Part shown: in pieces, positions 63,825 to 64,000 of the stretch | Position numbering within the stretch: the stretch's first letter is position 1 | Layout of the letters: the number at the start of each line of letters is the position of its first letter | DNA from: an uncultured Bacteroides sp. | Lineage (GTDB): Bacteria > Bacteroidota > Bacteroidia > Bacteroidales > GCA-2748055 | DNA length: 64,000 bases | Direction of reading: 5' to 3' | Assembly: GCA_964467775.1 (NCBI GenBank) | Contig: CAYXUD010000117.1 | Coordinates: 6,873 to 70,872, forward strand | Notes under the pieces: model-generated | The model's input: only the letters and a program-made list of their open reading frames with translations | The model's database searches: none | Told to the model about the DNA's origin: nothing | Program-made: the position numbers and the translations under genes

Positions 63825-64000
63825 ATGGGACTAGTTGTTGCTCCGATTGTGGAGGGTAAACTGGAAGCCTGGAAGCGCTGGACAAAAGATCTTACAGGTT
63901 CAAATAAGCGTGAATTCGACGATTTCAACAAACGTTACGGACTCACTCGTCATGATGTATGGCTGGCAGAAACACCAGCTGGACCTGTGGCTGTAGTATT
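63825..64000 (+). CDS. Hypothetical protein, partial (runs off the window end)
   Basis: My translation from ATG 63825 gives MGLVVAPIVEGKLEAWKRWTKDLTGSNKREFDDFNKRYGLTRHDVWLAETPAGPVAVV..., open to the window end. It is absent from the ORF track because it is open-ended. Confidence 0.45.
   Translation, partial: MGLVVAPIVEGKLEAWKRWTKDLTGSNKREFDDFNKRYGLTRHDVWLAETPAGPVAVV

Noticed and set aside
1-64000. Searched by eye for CRISPR arrays, integrases or transposases, toxin-antitoxin pairs, restriction-modification or other known defence genes, and rRNA.
   Set aside because: I recognised none of these. The methyltransferases present look like small-molecule or sugar methyltransferases (FkbM-, CmcI- and generic class I types) rather than DNA methyltransferases, and they have no nuclease partners.

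Overview
The window looks like a chromosomal segment of a Bacteroidota/FCB-group bacterium. The evidence is two type-A T9SS C-terminal sorting domains, a PorP/SprF gene, orphan MacB/FtsX permease paralogues, TAnnTTTG-type promoter boxes and few Shine-Dalgarno sites. All calls come from reading the supplied translations and the raw sequence; no database search was possible.

Layout:
- 0-17 kb: housekeeping genes (mreC partial, mreB, purH, mgtE, rsmA, pgi, upp, ppk2, hsp20, M28 peptidase).
- 15.8-24.7 kb: a minus-strand envelope block. It holds PorP/SprF with a beta-propeller-SPOR protein, then a tight 5-gene operon: REC-degenerate histidine kinase, a 1024-aa fused ABCG-like transporter, and three small secreted or lipoproteins.
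- 25.9-29.2 kb: a heme module with two overlapping single-heme Haem_bd-like genes, a lipoprotein, tRNA-Thr(CGU) and a membrane multiheme cytochrome c.
- 31.6-50.3 kb: a GC-rich (about 60-63% in spot counts) CAZyme cluster with no SusC/SusD in view. It holds two paralogous ~1000-aa tandem-beta-helix (GH55-like) plus beta-propeller fusions, a 644-aa clan GH-A-like protein, a GH-A gene broken by a frameshift in a G7 run, a DUF5107-like/TPR giant, GH30, and GH9-CBM6 with a T9SS sorting domain.
- 50.4-60.8 kb: a low-GC (about 30-48% in spot counts) block around tRNA-Val(CAC). It holds two methyltransferases, small secreted or membrane proteins, an ECF sigma/anti-sigma/372-aa module and a 1301-aa GH43 T9SS cargo protein.
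- 60.9-64 kb: a 761-aa FtsX-type permease, a cluster of three hairpins, and a partial ORF.

No CRISPR array, integrase, transposase or rRNA was seen. The best candidates for an undescribed system are the REC-pseudokinase/ABC/lipoprotein operon (18.5-24.7 kb) and the SusCD-less beta-helix/propeller glycan locus (32.6-50.3 kb). Both are hypotheses that need homology and structure checks.
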